From Vicugna vicugna (taxonomy: Eukaryota): 64,000 nt of DNA. The notes beneath the pieces are model-generated. The model was given only the letters and a program-made list of their open reading frames with translations, did not search any database and had not been told where the DNA came from. Made by a program: the position numbers and the translations under genes. The stretch is taken from assembly GCA_013265495.1 (NCBI GenBank), contig PNXW01002946.1:1-64000 (forward strand), read 5' to 3'. Below, piece after piece: positions 63,301 to 64,000 of this stretch (position 1 is its first letter; every line of letters starts with the position of its first letter).

Positions 63301-64000
63301 TGTTAAATGAATTAACATATGAATGAAATTCATTTGTGTAAGCTTGAGAAATTATATTTTACTTCTGCTGATACTTTCCTGGTTAACAATAGTACTGTCC
63401 AATTAACTTCTTGGTTCTCCAGTCATCAAACATCAAAATGTAAATAATGCCTGTCACTTTTATTGCCCACCAATACTATAAACAATTTTTTCAGAAAAGA
63501 TATGACAAAGAAACTTTGAATTTTAGAATTGTTTGAAGTGAATTTATGACATTACATCTGTCAGTACTTTATGCCCAATTATATACATACCTGATCTCTA
63601 CATATAATTGTTGTAGATGACATAAAGAAGAATTTGACAGGCTGGATGACCTTGTAGTAGCTTTCTAGTCCTGTGAGTTTATAAATCTATTATATTATCT
63701 AAACATTTTTGAACCAAACTGCAGCAGACTCAGATTAATTCAACTCTCCGACAATCAATAATGACTTTGAAGCTCAGAGCTATGCCTTACTCATTATTAA
63801 CCAAAGCCAGGCAGTCCCTTAATTTTTTAATGGGATTTGATCAGATATATGAAAAGAAAAAGGTCCTAATTTCCCAATCCCTTGTTCTTTAACTCAAATG
63901 TAGTGTCTGATGATTTATGAAATGCTCAAATTTCTATTTTGGTAATGATTCATTTGATTTTAATTTTATGTAAAATTTAAGGAAACTATATACAGTAGGA

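Noticed and set aside
1..64000. CRISPR arrays, operons or other prokaryotic/defence systems
   Set aside because: The sequence is mammalian repeat-rich DNA with no repeat-spacer arrays or dense ORF clusters.

Overview
AT-rich, repeat-dense mammalian DNA, most likely camelid: it carries a tRNA-Ala-derived SINE and one recurring lineage-type L1 3' end, and I see no Alu, Bov-A/BovB or PRE-1. About two thirds of the window is LINE-1 of several ages, mixed with solo LTRs, MIR/L2 relics and microsatellites. The only recognisable host-gene sequence is a decayed processed pseudogene of EXOC7 (about 50170-53212). No intact protein-coding gene is present, and I found no evidence of a new biological system. 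The most notable observations are: (1) an ERVK-type solo LTR with a perfect 6-bp target-site duplication (TSD) nested sense-wise in the 5'UTR of a young L1; (2) an L1 flanked by a diverged direct repeat of about 300 bp that may be a giant TSD; (3) two independent twin-primed L1 inversions that break at the same internal A-tract; (4) an EXOC7 retrocopy that preserves the 23-aa 'epithelial' splice isoform. All repeat family names come from recognition by eye, not database searches.
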